DNA from: Azolla caroliniana
Lineage: Eukaryota; Plantae; Polypodiophyta
Assembly (NCBI GenBank): GCA_043228905.1
Contig: JBHGNT010000010.1
Coordinates: 18,166,001 to 18,230,000 of the forward strand
Length of the DNA: 64,000 bases
Reading direction: 5' to 3'
Position numbers and translations under genes: made by a program. Below are positions 1 through 10,688 of the stretch, in pieces. Positions within the stretch are counted from its first letter, which is position 1. Each line of letters begins with the position of its first letter. The notes under the pieces are model-generated. The model saw only the letters and a program-made list of their open reading frames with translations. It was not told where the DNA came from and searched no databases.

Positions 1-56
1 GGCTCCTGGAGAAATACGGGCTGGATGACGCGCTTCGACTTTCGAAGCGGGGCTTC

Positions 57-1832
57 ATGGAGTGGGTGGAGTCCCCCGACAAAGGAAGAAATGCGTCGGC
101 ACTCCTCCGAGAGTTTGAGGATCGCTTTGCGCGCCTTTCGGCGCTCGATCAGACCGTTCTAGACACAAGTCGTGTCCTACTGTTTGTCAAATCGGTTGAC
201 GCACGGGATCGGGAGCAAGTGGGCTCCTTACTGGAAACCGAAGACGGGCTGACGGTCGACTGGGCTGCAGTAAAAAGAGTCTGCGGTCGTTTTGACAAAC
301 GGTGGGAGTGGGCTGATATAGGGGCGACCGGGGCGGGTCCTGTTGTAGCAATGAATCTTGAACCGATACCGCAGGCGCGACGGGAAGAGACCCGGGAGTG
401 GCTCGAAACCGGTTCGGCTTCGACCGATGTGGTCAGAGGCTCGTCCGGGGGGACAACTTTGGAGAAGTTGACACGGGCGGTAAAGGATCTCCAGATCGCC
501 CAAGCTCAGAGGGAAGGTGGCGAACAGGCTCGTGACCGACGGCCTTTGGCAGGAAATAGGTGCATGTGGTGCGACGAGGTCGGCCACATCCGGAAAGACC
601 ACGGGGACTTTGCGGAGGCTTTGAGAAGCCGGGTAGTGTACCTATGGGAGGGTCGGGTGCACGCCAGCGATACCCGGAGGGCGTTGAACCGAAACGACGG
701 GCGAGGAGGAATGAAAAGGCTGATGGAAGAGGCGGCGGCCTGGCACGCGGAGACCGTCCACTACTCAGCGTCGGCCGGTATTCGGGTCGGAGGCAGCGAG
801 GCCCGGAAGGAGAGCAAAGCCGGGTTTTGGCCGACGGTGCTGGAAGGCCTCGCCGGTGCCCGACTAAAGAAAGACGGGGCGGACCACGCGGAGAAGCGGG
901 TCCAGGGGGTAACCGGGTGGAGTGACCCAATCGAAGAAAAGATGGGTTTCGTAGAAGCAGCTTGCCAGAACTACGAGGCTCTAGTTGAAGTCAAACGGGT
1001 AGGTAAAACCGGAGGGGCCAGACCCTCACAAAGATACGAAACCCGATTCGGGCCGAAACGGAACGAGGCCTGTGAGTCCAATGCCCGGGATAACCACAAG
1101 AAGGGCGGATACCGTTTGGGCACGGAGATCGAAAGGACCACGAACTTACGAAAGGTCCTGGAAGAACGAATCCTCGACAGCAAGGTGGAACTGTCGTTGC
1201 AGGAGGTGCTCGGAATCGCCAAGAAGGAGTTCCATGACTCCATCGTAGACTTGGTGAAGAGGAAGAGGCTGTCGACGGAGGCAGAACCGGAAAGGCCGGT
1301 GGAGGTGCGGACGACGCACATAGAGGACATGGCGCTGGAAGACGAGTGGGCGGAGAGCCACTATTCGAGGCCACACTGGGCCCGAGCGACCACGGAAACC
1401 CCGGTGAAGATCGGAGATGTTCAGGAACCGGTGGTGGCGCTGGTGGACCACGGTTCGGAAATAAACCTGATGTCCATGGATTTCTACAAGAAGGGGAAAT
1501 GGCCGATCAACACTAAGCACGGGTGGAAGATACGGGCGGCGACGCGCGCCACCGAGGAACGACACGGGGCCTGCCCAAACGTGCGAGTCAAGATCGGCGA
1601 CATCGAGATAGACCAACACTTCTTTGTGCAGGAGACGTCCTCGCACCCGGTCATACTGGGAGAACCGTACATTACGACAGCGTGGATGGAGACCAAGGTG
1701 CTGGACAAGGGGTCGGCTTACGCAAGGGTCAAGAGTCAGGACGGGCGTCATTCGGTCCAATTCCTGACGGTGCGACCGAACCACGAGCGAAACCGCGAGT
1801 CCCTCGGTGGCGAGAACCGAGAGGATTTTTAG
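57..1832 (+). CDS. gag: Gag plus aspartic protease of element A (N-terminus upstream of window)
   Basis: Capsid-like helix region, degenerate zinc knuckle CMWCDEVGHIRKDH, protease motif ALVDHGSE and ILGEPY. Confidence 0.85.
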   Translation: MEWVESPDKGRNASALLREFEDRFARLSALDQTVLDTSRVLLFVKSVDARDREQVGSLLETEDGLTVDWAAVKRVCGRFDKRWEWADIGATGAGPVVAMNLEPIPQARREETREWLETGSASTDVVRGSSGGTTLEKLTRAVKDLQIAQAQREGGEQARDRRPLAGNRCMWCDEVGHIRKDHGDFAEALRSRVVYLWEGRVHASDTRRALNRNDGRGGMKRLMEEAAAWHAETVHYSASAGIRVGGSEARKESKAGFWPTVLEGLAGARLKKDGADHAEKRVQGVTGWSDPIEEKMGFVEAACQNYEALVEVKRVGKTGGARPSQRYETRFGPKRNEACESNARDNHKKGGYRLGTEIERTTNLRKVLEERILDSKVELSLQEVLGIAKKEFHDSIVDLVKRKRLSTEAEPERPVEVRTTHIEDMALEDEWAESHYSRPHWARATTETPVKIGDVQEPVVALVDHGSEINLMSMDFYKKGKWPINTKHGWKIRAATRATEERHGACPNVRVKIGDIEIDQHFFVQETSSHPVILGEPYITTAWMETKVLDKGSAYARVKSQDGRHSVQFLTVRPNHERNRESLGGENREDF

Positions 1833-4800
1833 AGAGGGCTGTCAAGGCGTGGGGCCGCGACAGTCCGGACAGTCCGGGAAAACCCCACAAATGTACGATA
1901 GAGGCGAAACCGAAGAAACCTTGTACCATAAGTAGGAAGTTTTGTTTCTCCGACAACAGAGGGTGTACGATAGTCGGCGTCGTAGGCCGAGAAAAGACAA
2001 GGGCGGAAGAGCGACTTCGGGCGTGCGGAGTTCTCGGGCCTAGCGAGGAAATCAACGGAGTCGTGGAGGCGGTCTCCTTCGACGATACCTTGGGAATACT
2101 ACGAGAGGTGGTCGGAGGACCGAACGATACTGGTTTGTTCAGAAGAGATGTATGAAGTCATCGCGGACTTCAGTCGAGGGCTTGAGTCGGATCGGACGGC
2201 CCGGGTTAACACGAAGTACAAGACTATGGACCGGAAGGTAAGGCCAGTCGCGGCACCCTTACCGGAGGGCAGCGAGTTGCGAATCAAGGGGGTCGCGTCG
2301 GACCCCAGCTTACGTGATTCGGCCTGCATAGGACACACCTTCACCGACAGAACGCTACGGGAGCTCAAAATCGGTGGGGGCGGGTTCCTACTGTAGGCGG
2401 AAGAAGACCAGTTTCGGAGAATGCTCGGAAGGCACGAGAAAGCCTTTGCATTCTCACCGGGAGAGATCGGATGTGTAGCCCCGACATTCATGAAGCCGAT
2501 GGTGATATTCACGGTATCGCATGTGCCGTGGAATCTCAAACCAATTCCGGTACCGAGAGCTCACATCCCGGAGCTGATGGAGCTGTTGAGGCAGAAAGTC
2601 GATATGGGCATCCTAAACCCTTTGCCCCGTACTCGAACCGGTGGTTTACTGTACCGAAGAAGAACGGGACGTTGCGCTTCATTCAAGACCTGCAATCGGT
2701 CAACAGAGTGACCATTCGGAACGCAGGAATCAGACCAACGATAGATGAGTTCGCAGAGGCCTTCGCCGGAAGGTCGATCTACTCGGTCGGTGATCTGTAC
2801 TCGGGGTACGATCAGTTCCAACTAGCCGTAGAGAGCAGAGACATTACGACGATGCGGACTCCTCTCGGCCTAGTGCGGATGTGTACCCTGCCACAAGGAG
2901 GGACGAACTCGGTGGCCCACATGGTGAATGCGATAAACAAGGTGCTAAGGGATTGTATCCCGGACATCACCATGCCATTCTTGGATGACATCCCGATCAA
3001 GGGATGTCCGGTGGAGGAAAAGGACGAAACGATCGGACCGGACGGATGCCGGAAATTCGTGGCGACACACATTGACGACTGCGAGAGGGTGCTGGAGAGG
3101 CTAGAGGACGCGAGGCTCACCTTCTCCGGGGAGAAAACAGCCTTCGGGCAATCAGAGATCATGGTCGTCGGACATCTATGCAGGCCGTATGGCCGGAAAC
3201 CGTCTCCGGCTAAGGTGGAAGCCATCTCCACAATGAAGCCCGACTATAACTCGGTCACGGAGGTACGGAGGTTCTTGGGAGCATGCGCGTTCTACCACAT
3301 ATGGATCCCGCATTACGCCCACGTTGTCGAGCTGCTATACGGGTTGCTGAAAAAGGGGCGAAAATTCGAGTGGCGAGACGAGCATACAGAGTCGGTCCGA
3401 AAGATGAAGGAGGCTCTTGCTGCAGCTCCGGCACTCCGGAAGGCTGTCTACGAGAAAGGCACTCCCGTCTACATAACGGTAGATACGAGTCCGACCGGGA
3501 TCGGATGGGTTGTCAACCAAGAAGACGAGGACGACATTCGGTTCCCAATTCGGTTCGGTGGGAAGCTCCTCAGCGAGCGACAGCGAGGATACGCCCATGT
3601 TAAACGCGAACTCTGGGGTATCGTTTCGGCGGTGAAGGCTGATAAAGACTATCTGATCGGGACAGAGGTGATTCTCGAGACGGACTGCCTGCCGATTCTC
3701 GGCATGGTTTCCGGATGCGCAACCCCAGACCTGGCAATGCTCAGGTGGATAGCGTACATCAAGTCCCTGGATCCGGAAATACGACACATTTCCGGGAAAG
3801 ACAATGCCATGGCTGACATGCTTTCGAGGGCGCGATTCGACGAGGGGGACGGCATGGTTTCGGAGGACGAGGAAGTCGGCGTGGACTTCTTCGAGGCGGC
3901 TTACGTAACAACCGAGGGAGGGAGCACTCCGGCGCTTAACGATTTTAACGAGAGCAAGTACGATGGGGAGTGGCTGCAGATTGGAGGATTCTTAAGGACG
4001 ATGACGCCGGACGCATCATGGACAAAGGAGGAGGCCAACCGGATCCGGAAGAAAGCGTACCGATTCTTTCTCCGGGACGGATACTTGTGGAAGCACCTGA
4101 AGAAGCGAAACGGCATCCCGCTCCGAGTAGTGGCGATGAAGGAGGAACAGGAGGAGTTACTGAAGGCCTACCATGACAGCCCCTGGGCTGGACACCGTGG
4201 AACGTGGGCCACGTTCGAGAAACTAAAGGGGAAGTACTGGTGGCCGGGACTGTATCGGAACGTGCATCGGTTCGTGACGACTTGTGAGAGCTGCCATATA
4301 CACTCCATAGTCCGACATCGGGACGAGCTTCACCCTACATACCCTCCGGCCATCCACTTCAAATGGATGGTAGATTTGGTGATGATGCCGATGGGCGTAG
4401 GGCAGATGCGATATCTGGTGCTGGCCCGGGAGGACTTGACGAACCAGGTGGAAGGCCGAGCCCTGCAGAGCAAAACGACCGCGGCCGTGTGTCGGTTCCT
4501 GATCGAGGACGTGATATACCGGTACGGGTGCGTCGGGAAGATCGTGGCTGACCGCGGGGAGTTGGACGCCGAAGAGGCCAAGGAGCTGTTCGACCGGTTA
4601 GGGGTCAAGCTCTTGCTCACCACAACGTACAATCCGGAGGCGAACGGGAAGGTGGAGCGCGGACACAGACCGATCGTCAAAGCGTTAGTCCGGGCATGCG
4701 GAGGCCAGGTCGGGAACTGGCCATGACTGTTACCTTATGCCTTGTGGGCGGACAAGACAACACACAGTTCGGTAACCGGGTTCATGCCGTCAGAGCTCAT

Positions 4801-5026
4801 GTTTGGACAGGACGTGGAACGAGCGGCAGAGAGACTTCGGACGGCGAGGATGAAGAGAAAGCCCGGTTCGACTAAACCCTAAACCGGCTCCGACCAAAGA
4901 AAATCGAGGAAGGCGACTAGGTGCTAGTCTACGATAGCAGCCTCGACAACCAGCACCGAGCAACACGGAAGTTTGCGAAGCGGTGGTTCGGGCCTTACGT
5001 GGTGACGAGCGCCAACGACAACGAGA
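1833..5026 (+). pseudogene. pol: pol (RT, RNase H, integrase) of element A, with frameshifts and stops; longest ORF 2471-4726
   Basis: LRFIQDLQSVN, DLYSGYDQ, LPQG, FLDD, RNase H VDTS/ETDC, integrase HHCC (H..GH..CESC), ADRGE, NGKVE; stop near 2394, frameshift near 2620, stop at 4724. Confidence 0.9.
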
Positions 5027-5031
5027 CGTAT

Positions 5032-5456
5032 TGTCATGGCAAGACTCGAACCCATGACTTTATGCTACATGGGTCGAGCTCTTACCATTAGATCATGTAT
5101 TGTAATACGTAGGATATTATTTTCATTTACATTTTATTATAGGAAATTAGTGTATATTCCAGATTTCTCTGGAACATTCTAGAAGCTTCAGGATTACTCC
5201 TGAAAACACTATAAAAGAGGGCACTAGGCATTATGTTGAACCAAATTGGTTCAACACCAGTCTTAAGCCTCTTAGTCGATTTGTACTTATCTTTCATATA
5301 ATATAAGAGCTGCTGTCATCATCTTATTTCCCTCTCTCTCTCTCCTCTTCTCACTTTCTCTCTCTCGGGAATCTTACGCAGTCCCGTCCTCTTAGTACTA
5401 ATAGTACTACTCTTCTTAGTACTAATTCCATCTCTGTTTTAGTACTATTCCTGACA
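5032..5456 (+). repeat. 5' LTR of element B
   Basis: Direct repeat of 10264-10688; TATAAAA at 5210-5216. Confidence 0.97.
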
Positions 5457-5458
5457 GT

Positions 5459-5472
5459 TTGAACCAATTTGG
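5459..5472 (+). promoter_or_regulatory. Self-priming type primer binding site of element B
   Basis: TTGAACCAATTTGG is the exact reverse complement of LTR 5241-5254, about 25 nt after the TATA box; no TGG...tRNA PBS next to the LTR. Confidence 0.75.
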
Positions 5473-5525
5473 TCCTCTAGCCTACTTGTCACTCTCCCTC
5501 ATCCTCCTACCCTTTTCCCTATACT

Positions 5526-6683
5526 ATGGCTACTGTTAGCGCCCAAGAATACCAATCTGTTTTCTCCGAGCTACAGTGCCTAAAAGAAAAGTTTGTTGCC
5601 CTGGAACAAGAAAACCAACGGCTGATAGGGGATCTGCAACAAATCGCTCTAGAAAAACAACAAACGCAACAACAACATGGGGAGTTAGCGTTACGGGTAC
5701 AACAACTCGAAGCAGCGTTGCAACAACAAGGATCCAGTCCCCAAGGATTTCATAAAGAGCCCAAGATTGGACTTCCTGTGAAATTTGATGGAACGCGTTC
5801 GCAATTCCGGGGATTCCTTAATCAGGTACGCTTAGTCATCCAGATGCATCCTTCCCGATATCCCACTGATGCATCTCGAGTCGGCCTAATAGGCACGCTA
5901 CTTAGCGGCTCAGCCTTGGCATGGTTTGCTCCGCTTCTAGAAAAACAATCACCCTTACTTAATAACTTTGAAGATTTTATTGGTGAGTTTAAAGCCTGCT
6001 TTGGAGACACCGACAGCATCAGGACGGCGATCAACAAGATCCGGCGATTGCGTCAAGGCGATCGTCCAGCCTCTGCCTACGCGGCGGATTTCCGCCTACT
6101 TGCTTCAGATATACCCTGGGATGATCAAGCACTAATGGAGCAGTTTCGCTATGGCTTGCGAAACGATGTCAAAGATCTACTTCTAACTTTCCCCGAAGAA
6201 CCAAAGTCTCTTACGGAGGCAATCAGTCGAGCAGTTCGATGTGACAACCGCCTTTTTGAACGGCGTTCAGAACGTCAATTACAGATACCACGCTCTAGGC
6301 CAGAGCCCACTTACGCCGCAGTCGCGGCTAAACCGTTTGCACGAGACACACCTCAAGCAAATACTTCGACACCGATGGAGATCGATACCATGCGTCGACG
6401 CGGTCCGTTATCGGAAGAAGAAAAGCAACGACGACGTGCCAATCGATTATGTCTTTATTGCGGTGGACCAGGACATATCGCCATCAATTGTCCCCATAGG
6501 CCAAGAAGACAGGTAAATCAAATCGTCGCCTGTACTAAACCCGAGTCAATTCTTCCCTTTGGAGTATCTGATAGTATTAATAGTACTAATAGAGTGTCAG
6601 ATAGTATTCATAGTACTAATAGCCCAAGTATCTCAAATAAATTTGAAATCCTTAGTCAATTAGATGAAGAGTTAAACGATTGA
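5526..6683 (+). CDS. gag: Gag of element B
   Basis: N-terminal coiled coil, PVKFDG capsid motif, LRQG, FRYGL, PMEID, zinc knuckle CLYCGGPGHIAINC. Confidence 0.95.
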   Translation: MATVSAQEYQSVFSELQCLKEKFVALEQENQRLIGDLQQIALEKQQTQQQHGELALRVQQLEAALQQQGSSPQGFHKEPKIGLPVKFDGTRSQFRGFLNQVRLVIQMHPSRYPTDASRVGLIGTLLSGSALAWFAPLLEKQSPLLNNFEDFIGEFKACFGDTDSIRTAINKIRRLRQGDRPASAYAADFRLLASDIPWDDQALMEQFRYGLRNDVKDLLLTFPEEPKSLTEAISRAVRCDNRLFERRSERQLQIPRSRPEPTYAAVAAKPFARDTPQANTSTPMEIDTMRRRGPLSEEEKQRRRANRLCLYCGGPGHIAINCPHRPRRQVNQIVACTKPESILPFGVSDSINSTNRVSDSIHSTNSPSISNKFEILSQLDEELND

Positions 6684-9600
6684 GTCCAGCCAAAATAGGA
6701 GCCATTTGGTTGGACAGCAGCCCTAGATCTGTACAGCCCATTAGTGGTTCCATTCCTTCCAAGCAAGTTAGCAATGTGTTCCTAGCCCAAGTCATTGTTA
6801 GTACTAAAAGTACTCCCCCAGTACCCGTCCTAGCACTTTTAGATTCCGGAGCTAATTCCTGTTTCATGGATCGAAATTTTGCCCAAGCTTCTCAGATATC
6901 CTTAAGAAAACTTCCTTGTCCCGCATCTGTAGTGGTCATTGATGGTCGTCCCATTGCTTCCGGGAATATTGTAGAAGAATCAGAACCCATTCAAGTTGTC
7001 CTAGGTAGTTTTGTGTGTATAATATCATTTAAAATAATTAGTAGTCCAGAGCATCCCATTGTCCTAGGATTACCTTGGCTTGAATTACATAATCCAGCCA
7101 TAGATTGGAGAACAAGAGAAGTCCGATATCGACCACCCCAAGAATCAACTCACCGAGTTTCGACCATTTCACTCCATCAACTACGCGAAGAAGGACCCAA
7201 GGAGGCAATGTTCCTATTTGCCATATCAGTACATCCTTCTAGTACTATTAAGAAGGACTCCTCAATACAACTTCCGGCAAAATATCATCCTTATGCCGAT
7301 GTATTTGACAAGGTAAAAGCCGGTACCCTTCCTCATCACCGTCCCTATGACTGTCCCATCGATTTACAACCAGGAACCGAGCCACCATGGGGACCAATTT
7401 ACAACTTGTCACCCACCGAGTTAGAAGTCCTTCGAGCCTACATAGAGGAGAACTTGGCAAGCGGGTTCATCCGTCATTCAAAATCTCCGGCCGGTGCACC
7501 CATCTTCTTTGTCAAGAAGAAAGATGGCTCACTTCGTCTTGTCGTTGATTACCGCGGATTGAATAAAGTCACCATCCGGAATAGGTATGCACTTCCTCTT
7601 ATATCAAGTCTTTTAGAGCGAGTTAATGGTGCCAAGTTTTTTACTAAAATCGACCTACGAGGAGCGTATAATCTCGTGCGGATCCGACCGGGAGATGAGT
7701 GGAAGACCGCTTTTCGCACGCGGTATGGGCATTTCGAGTATACTGTTATGCCGTTTGGCCTAACCAATGCACCCGCAGTCTTCCAACACATGGCAAATGA
7801 TATATTCAGAGACCTCTTGGATATCTGTTTGATCATTTATCTGGATGATCTGTTGATTTATTCGAAGACCCAGGAAGAGCACGATTCTCATGTACTATTA
7901 GTACTAAAGCGACTCCGCGAGAATGGTCTTTATGCTAAGCTAGAGAAATGTAGCTTTGACTGCAAGCAAGTGGAATTTCTAGGCTACGTCATCTCCTCAA
8001 AGGGCATCGCCATGGATCCAGCTAAAATCCAAACTGTACTAGAGTGGCAAATTCCACGGTCGGTACGAGATGTACAATGTTTTCTAGGCTTTGCTAACTT
8101 CTACCGTAAGTTTATACAGGATTACTCGAAGATTATTTTACCTCTCACACAACTTACGAAGAAGGGCCAAGCATTTCTTTGGTCCATCGAAGCGGATATG
8201 GCTTTTCGGCATCTTAAGAAAGCCTTTACATCAGCACCGATTCTAGCTCATGTGGATACAAGCAAACCATTCATCATGGAGGCCGACGCATCAGATTTCG
8301 CCCTCGGTAGCATCCTTTCTCAACAAGGCGATAAAGAAGAGTTGCATCCGGTGGCTTTCCATTCGCGCAAATTCAATGTCGCAGAAATCAACTACGAAAT
8401 ACATGACAAGGAGTTATTAGCCATCGTGGATTCATTTGTACAATGGCGGCATTTCTTAGAGGGCTCTCCACATCAGGTCATTGTCTTTAGCGATCATAAA
8501 AATCTTGCTTATTTTCAGAACGCTCGCGTACTAAATCGACGGCAAGCTCGGTGGGCGCAATTCCTCACGCGTTTCAACTTCGAAATCACATATCGACCGG
8601 GGAAGCAGCAAGGAAAAGCAGATGCACTATCACGGCGTTCATATCTTGCACCTCGTCCTGGTGACGCAACATTTGATAATCAAAAGCAAGTAATCTTGGG
8701 ACCAACACGACTGCACACGACGCGGATTTTTCACACCCCGATGGATTCAGGGATTACCGATGACATACGTGCAACCTTGAAGACGGATAGTTTTGCTCAA
8801 GACATCCTGGCGCACATTGATACTTCTCGGGCATCCTGTTCTCAGTCTCAACAACCAGGTATTGACTACCGACAATTCGAATATCATGATGGTTTGTTAT
8901 TCTTTAAAAAGCGCGTATATGTCCCCGATTGCTCTTGTCGCCTTCAAATCGTCCAACATTGTCACGACACCCATACGGCGGGACATTTTGGTAGTACCAA
9001 GACGTTGGAGTTAGTGCAACGATCTTTTTGGTGGCCCCACATGCGCCGTTTTGTCGACGACTACGTTCGGACCTGTGATGCTTGCTGCCGAGCAAAGATG
9101 CCACGACACCATCCATATGGCTTGTTGGAACCTTTACCAATTCCAAGTAAGCCATGGCAGTCTATTTGTCTTGATTTTATTACAGATCTGCCGGTCTCGA
9201 AGGGGTTCGATGCTATCCTAACCGTCGTCGATCGATATACGAAGATGGCACATTTTGTGCCATGTACTAAAGCCATCACTAGCGAGGAAACCGCCGCTCT
9301 TGTTATGCGTGAGGTATTTCGGCATCATGGCCTACCAGACAGTATTATCAGTGACCGAGGCCCGCAATTTGTCTCCAAATTTTGGCAGCATCTCTTCAGG
9401 ATGCTCAAGGTCTCCTGCAACCTCTCCTCCGGCTACCATCCTCAAACTGACGGACAGGCGGAACGAACAAACCAAACGTTGGAGCAATATCTCCGGTGTT
9501 TCCTGAGTTATCAACAGGACGATTGGGCCGAGATTCTCCACTTTGCGGAGTTTGCGTATAATAATGCTATTCACTCCTCGACTCGGGTCTCCCCATTTCT

Positions 9601-10252
9601 CGCTTATACCGGTTTCCATCCTCGCTGGTCGGTGATCGACACTCCGGAGCTACCTACCAACCCTCGTGCCGAGGACCATTTGGAGAGGCTACGCAAGATC
9701 CAGATGGATCTCTCTACTCACCTTCGTCATGCTCAACACACACAGAAGACTTATGCGGATCGTCATCGGATTCCCTCCTCTTTTGCCATCGGAGATCGAG
9801 TATGGCTCTTACGTCGTCACATCAAGACTACTCGACCGTGCGACAAGTTGGATTATCGACGACTCGGTCCTTTCCGTATTACGGGGAAGATTAATGATGT
9901 CACCTTCCGCCTGGATCTCCCTCCGCAGCTTCAGATACATCCAGTTTTCCATTGTTCTCTTCTTGAACCTTATAAAGCAAACACCATTCCCGATCGTGTG
10001 ACACCACCGCCGCCCCCGCTGGAGTTGGACGCCGGCCCGGAGTATGAAGTTGCTGCCATCCTCGATTCCAAACTTGTTCGCAACAAACTTTATTACTTGG
10101 TCGATTGGCTCGGTTATAGTCCGAGCGAACGTACTTGGGAACCCGTCGAGAATGTTGCCAATGCACAAGATCTTCTTGCTGATTTCCACCGAAAGTATCC
10201 GGACAAACCCGGTCCGCAATTAGCACCGACTCGTTCCACTCGTCGTCTTTAA
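6668..10252 (+). CDS. pol: Pol of element B (PR-RT-RH-INT-chromodomain), in -1 frame relative to gag
   Basis: LLDSGA, VDYRGLN, YLDD, EADASD, HHCC, SDRGPQF, GPF module, chromodomain YEVAAILD...YLVDWLGY...TWEP; uninterrupted 1190-codon ORF from 6680. Confidence 0.96.
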   Translation, partial: RVKRLSPAKIGAIWLDSSPRSVQPISGSIPSKQVSNVFLAQVIVSTKSTPPVPVLALLDSGANSCFMDRNFAQASQISLRKLPCPASVVVIDGRPIASGNIVEESEPIQVVLGSFVCIISFKIISSPEHPIVLGLPWLELHNPAIDWRTREVRYRPPQESTHRVSTISLHQLREEGPKEAMFLFAISVHPSSTIKKDSSIQLPAKYHPYADVFDKVKAGTLPHHRPYDCPIDLQPGTEPPWGPIYNLSPTELEVLRAYIEENLASGFIRHSKSPAGAPIFFVKKKDGSLRLVVDYRGLNKVTIRNRYALPLISSLLERVNGAKFFTKIDLRGAYNLVRIRPGDEWKTAFRTRYGHFEYTVMPFGLTNAPAVFQHMANDIFRDLLDICLIIYLDDLLIYSKTQEEHDSHVLLVLKRLRENGLYAKLEKCSFDCKQVEFLGYVISSKGIAMDPAKIQTVLEWQIPRSVRDVQCFLGFANFYRKFIQDYSKIILPLTQLTKKGQAFLWSIEADMAFRHLKKAFTSAPILAHVDTSKPFIMEADASDFALGSILSQQGDKEELHPVAFHSRKFNVAEINYEIHDKELLAIVDSFVQWRHFLEGSPHQVIVFSDHKNLAYFQNARVLNRRQARWAQFLTRFNFEITYRPGKQQGKADALSRRSYLAPRPGDATFDNQKQVILGPTRLHTTRIFHTPMDSGITDDIRATLKTDSFAQDILAHIDTSRASCSQSQQPGIDYRQFEYHDGLLFFKKRVYVPDCSCRLQIVQHCHDTHTAGHFGSTKTLELVQRSFWWPHMRRFVDDYVRTCDACCRAKMPRHHPYGLLEPLPIPSKPWQSICLDFITDLPVSKGFDAILTVVDRYTKMAHFVPCTKAITSEETAALVMREVFRHHGLPDSIISDRGPQFVSKFWQHLFRMLKVSCNLSSGYHPQTDGQAERTNQTLEQYLRCFLSYQQDDWAEILHFAEFAYNNAIHSSTRVSPFLAYTGFHPRWSVIDTPELPTNPRAEDHLERLRKIQMDLSTHLRHAQHTQKTYADRHRIPSSFAIGDRVWLLRRHIKTTRPCDKLDYRRLGPFRITGKINDVTFRLDLPPQLQIHPVFHCSLLEPYKANTIPDRVTPPPPPLELDAGPEYEVAAILDSKLVRNKLYYLVDWLGYSPSERTWEPVENVANAQDLLADFHRKYPDKPGPQLAPTRSTRRL

Positions 10253-10263
10253 GGGGGAGATAG

Positions 10264-10688
10264 TGTCATGGCAAGACTCGAACCCATGACTTTATGCTAC
10301 ATGGGTCGAGCTCTTACCATTAGATCATGTATTGTAATACGTAGGATATTATTTTCATTTACATTTTATTATAGGAAATTAGTGTATATTCCAGATTTCT
10401 CTGGAACATTCTAGAAGCTTCAGGATTACTCCTGAAAACACTATAAAAGAGGGCACTAGGCATTATGTTGAACCAAATTGGTTCAACACCAGTCTTAAGC
10501 CTCTTAGTCGATTTGTACTTATCTTTCATATAATATAAGAGCTGCTGTCATCATCTTATTTCCCTCTCTCTCTCTCCTCTTCTCACTTTCTCTCTCTCGG
10601 GAATCTTACGCAGTCCCGTCCTCTTAGTACTAATAGTACTACTCTTCTTAGTACTAATTCCATCTTTGTTTTAGTACTATTCCTGACA
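10264..10688 (+). repeat. 3' LTR of element B
   Basis: Follows PPT AAGGGGGAGATAG; direct repeat of the 5' LTR. Confidence 0.97.

Larger units (their letters stand above)
5032..10688 (+). mobile_element. Element B: full-length chromovirus (Tcn1/Tf1-like) LTR retrotransposon, apparently intact
   Basis: 425-bp LTRs 5032-5456 and 10264-10688 (TG...CA, one mismatch seen); TSD CGTAT at 5027-5031 and 10689-10693; PPT 10251-10263; intact gag and pol with chromodomain. Confidence 0.97.
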
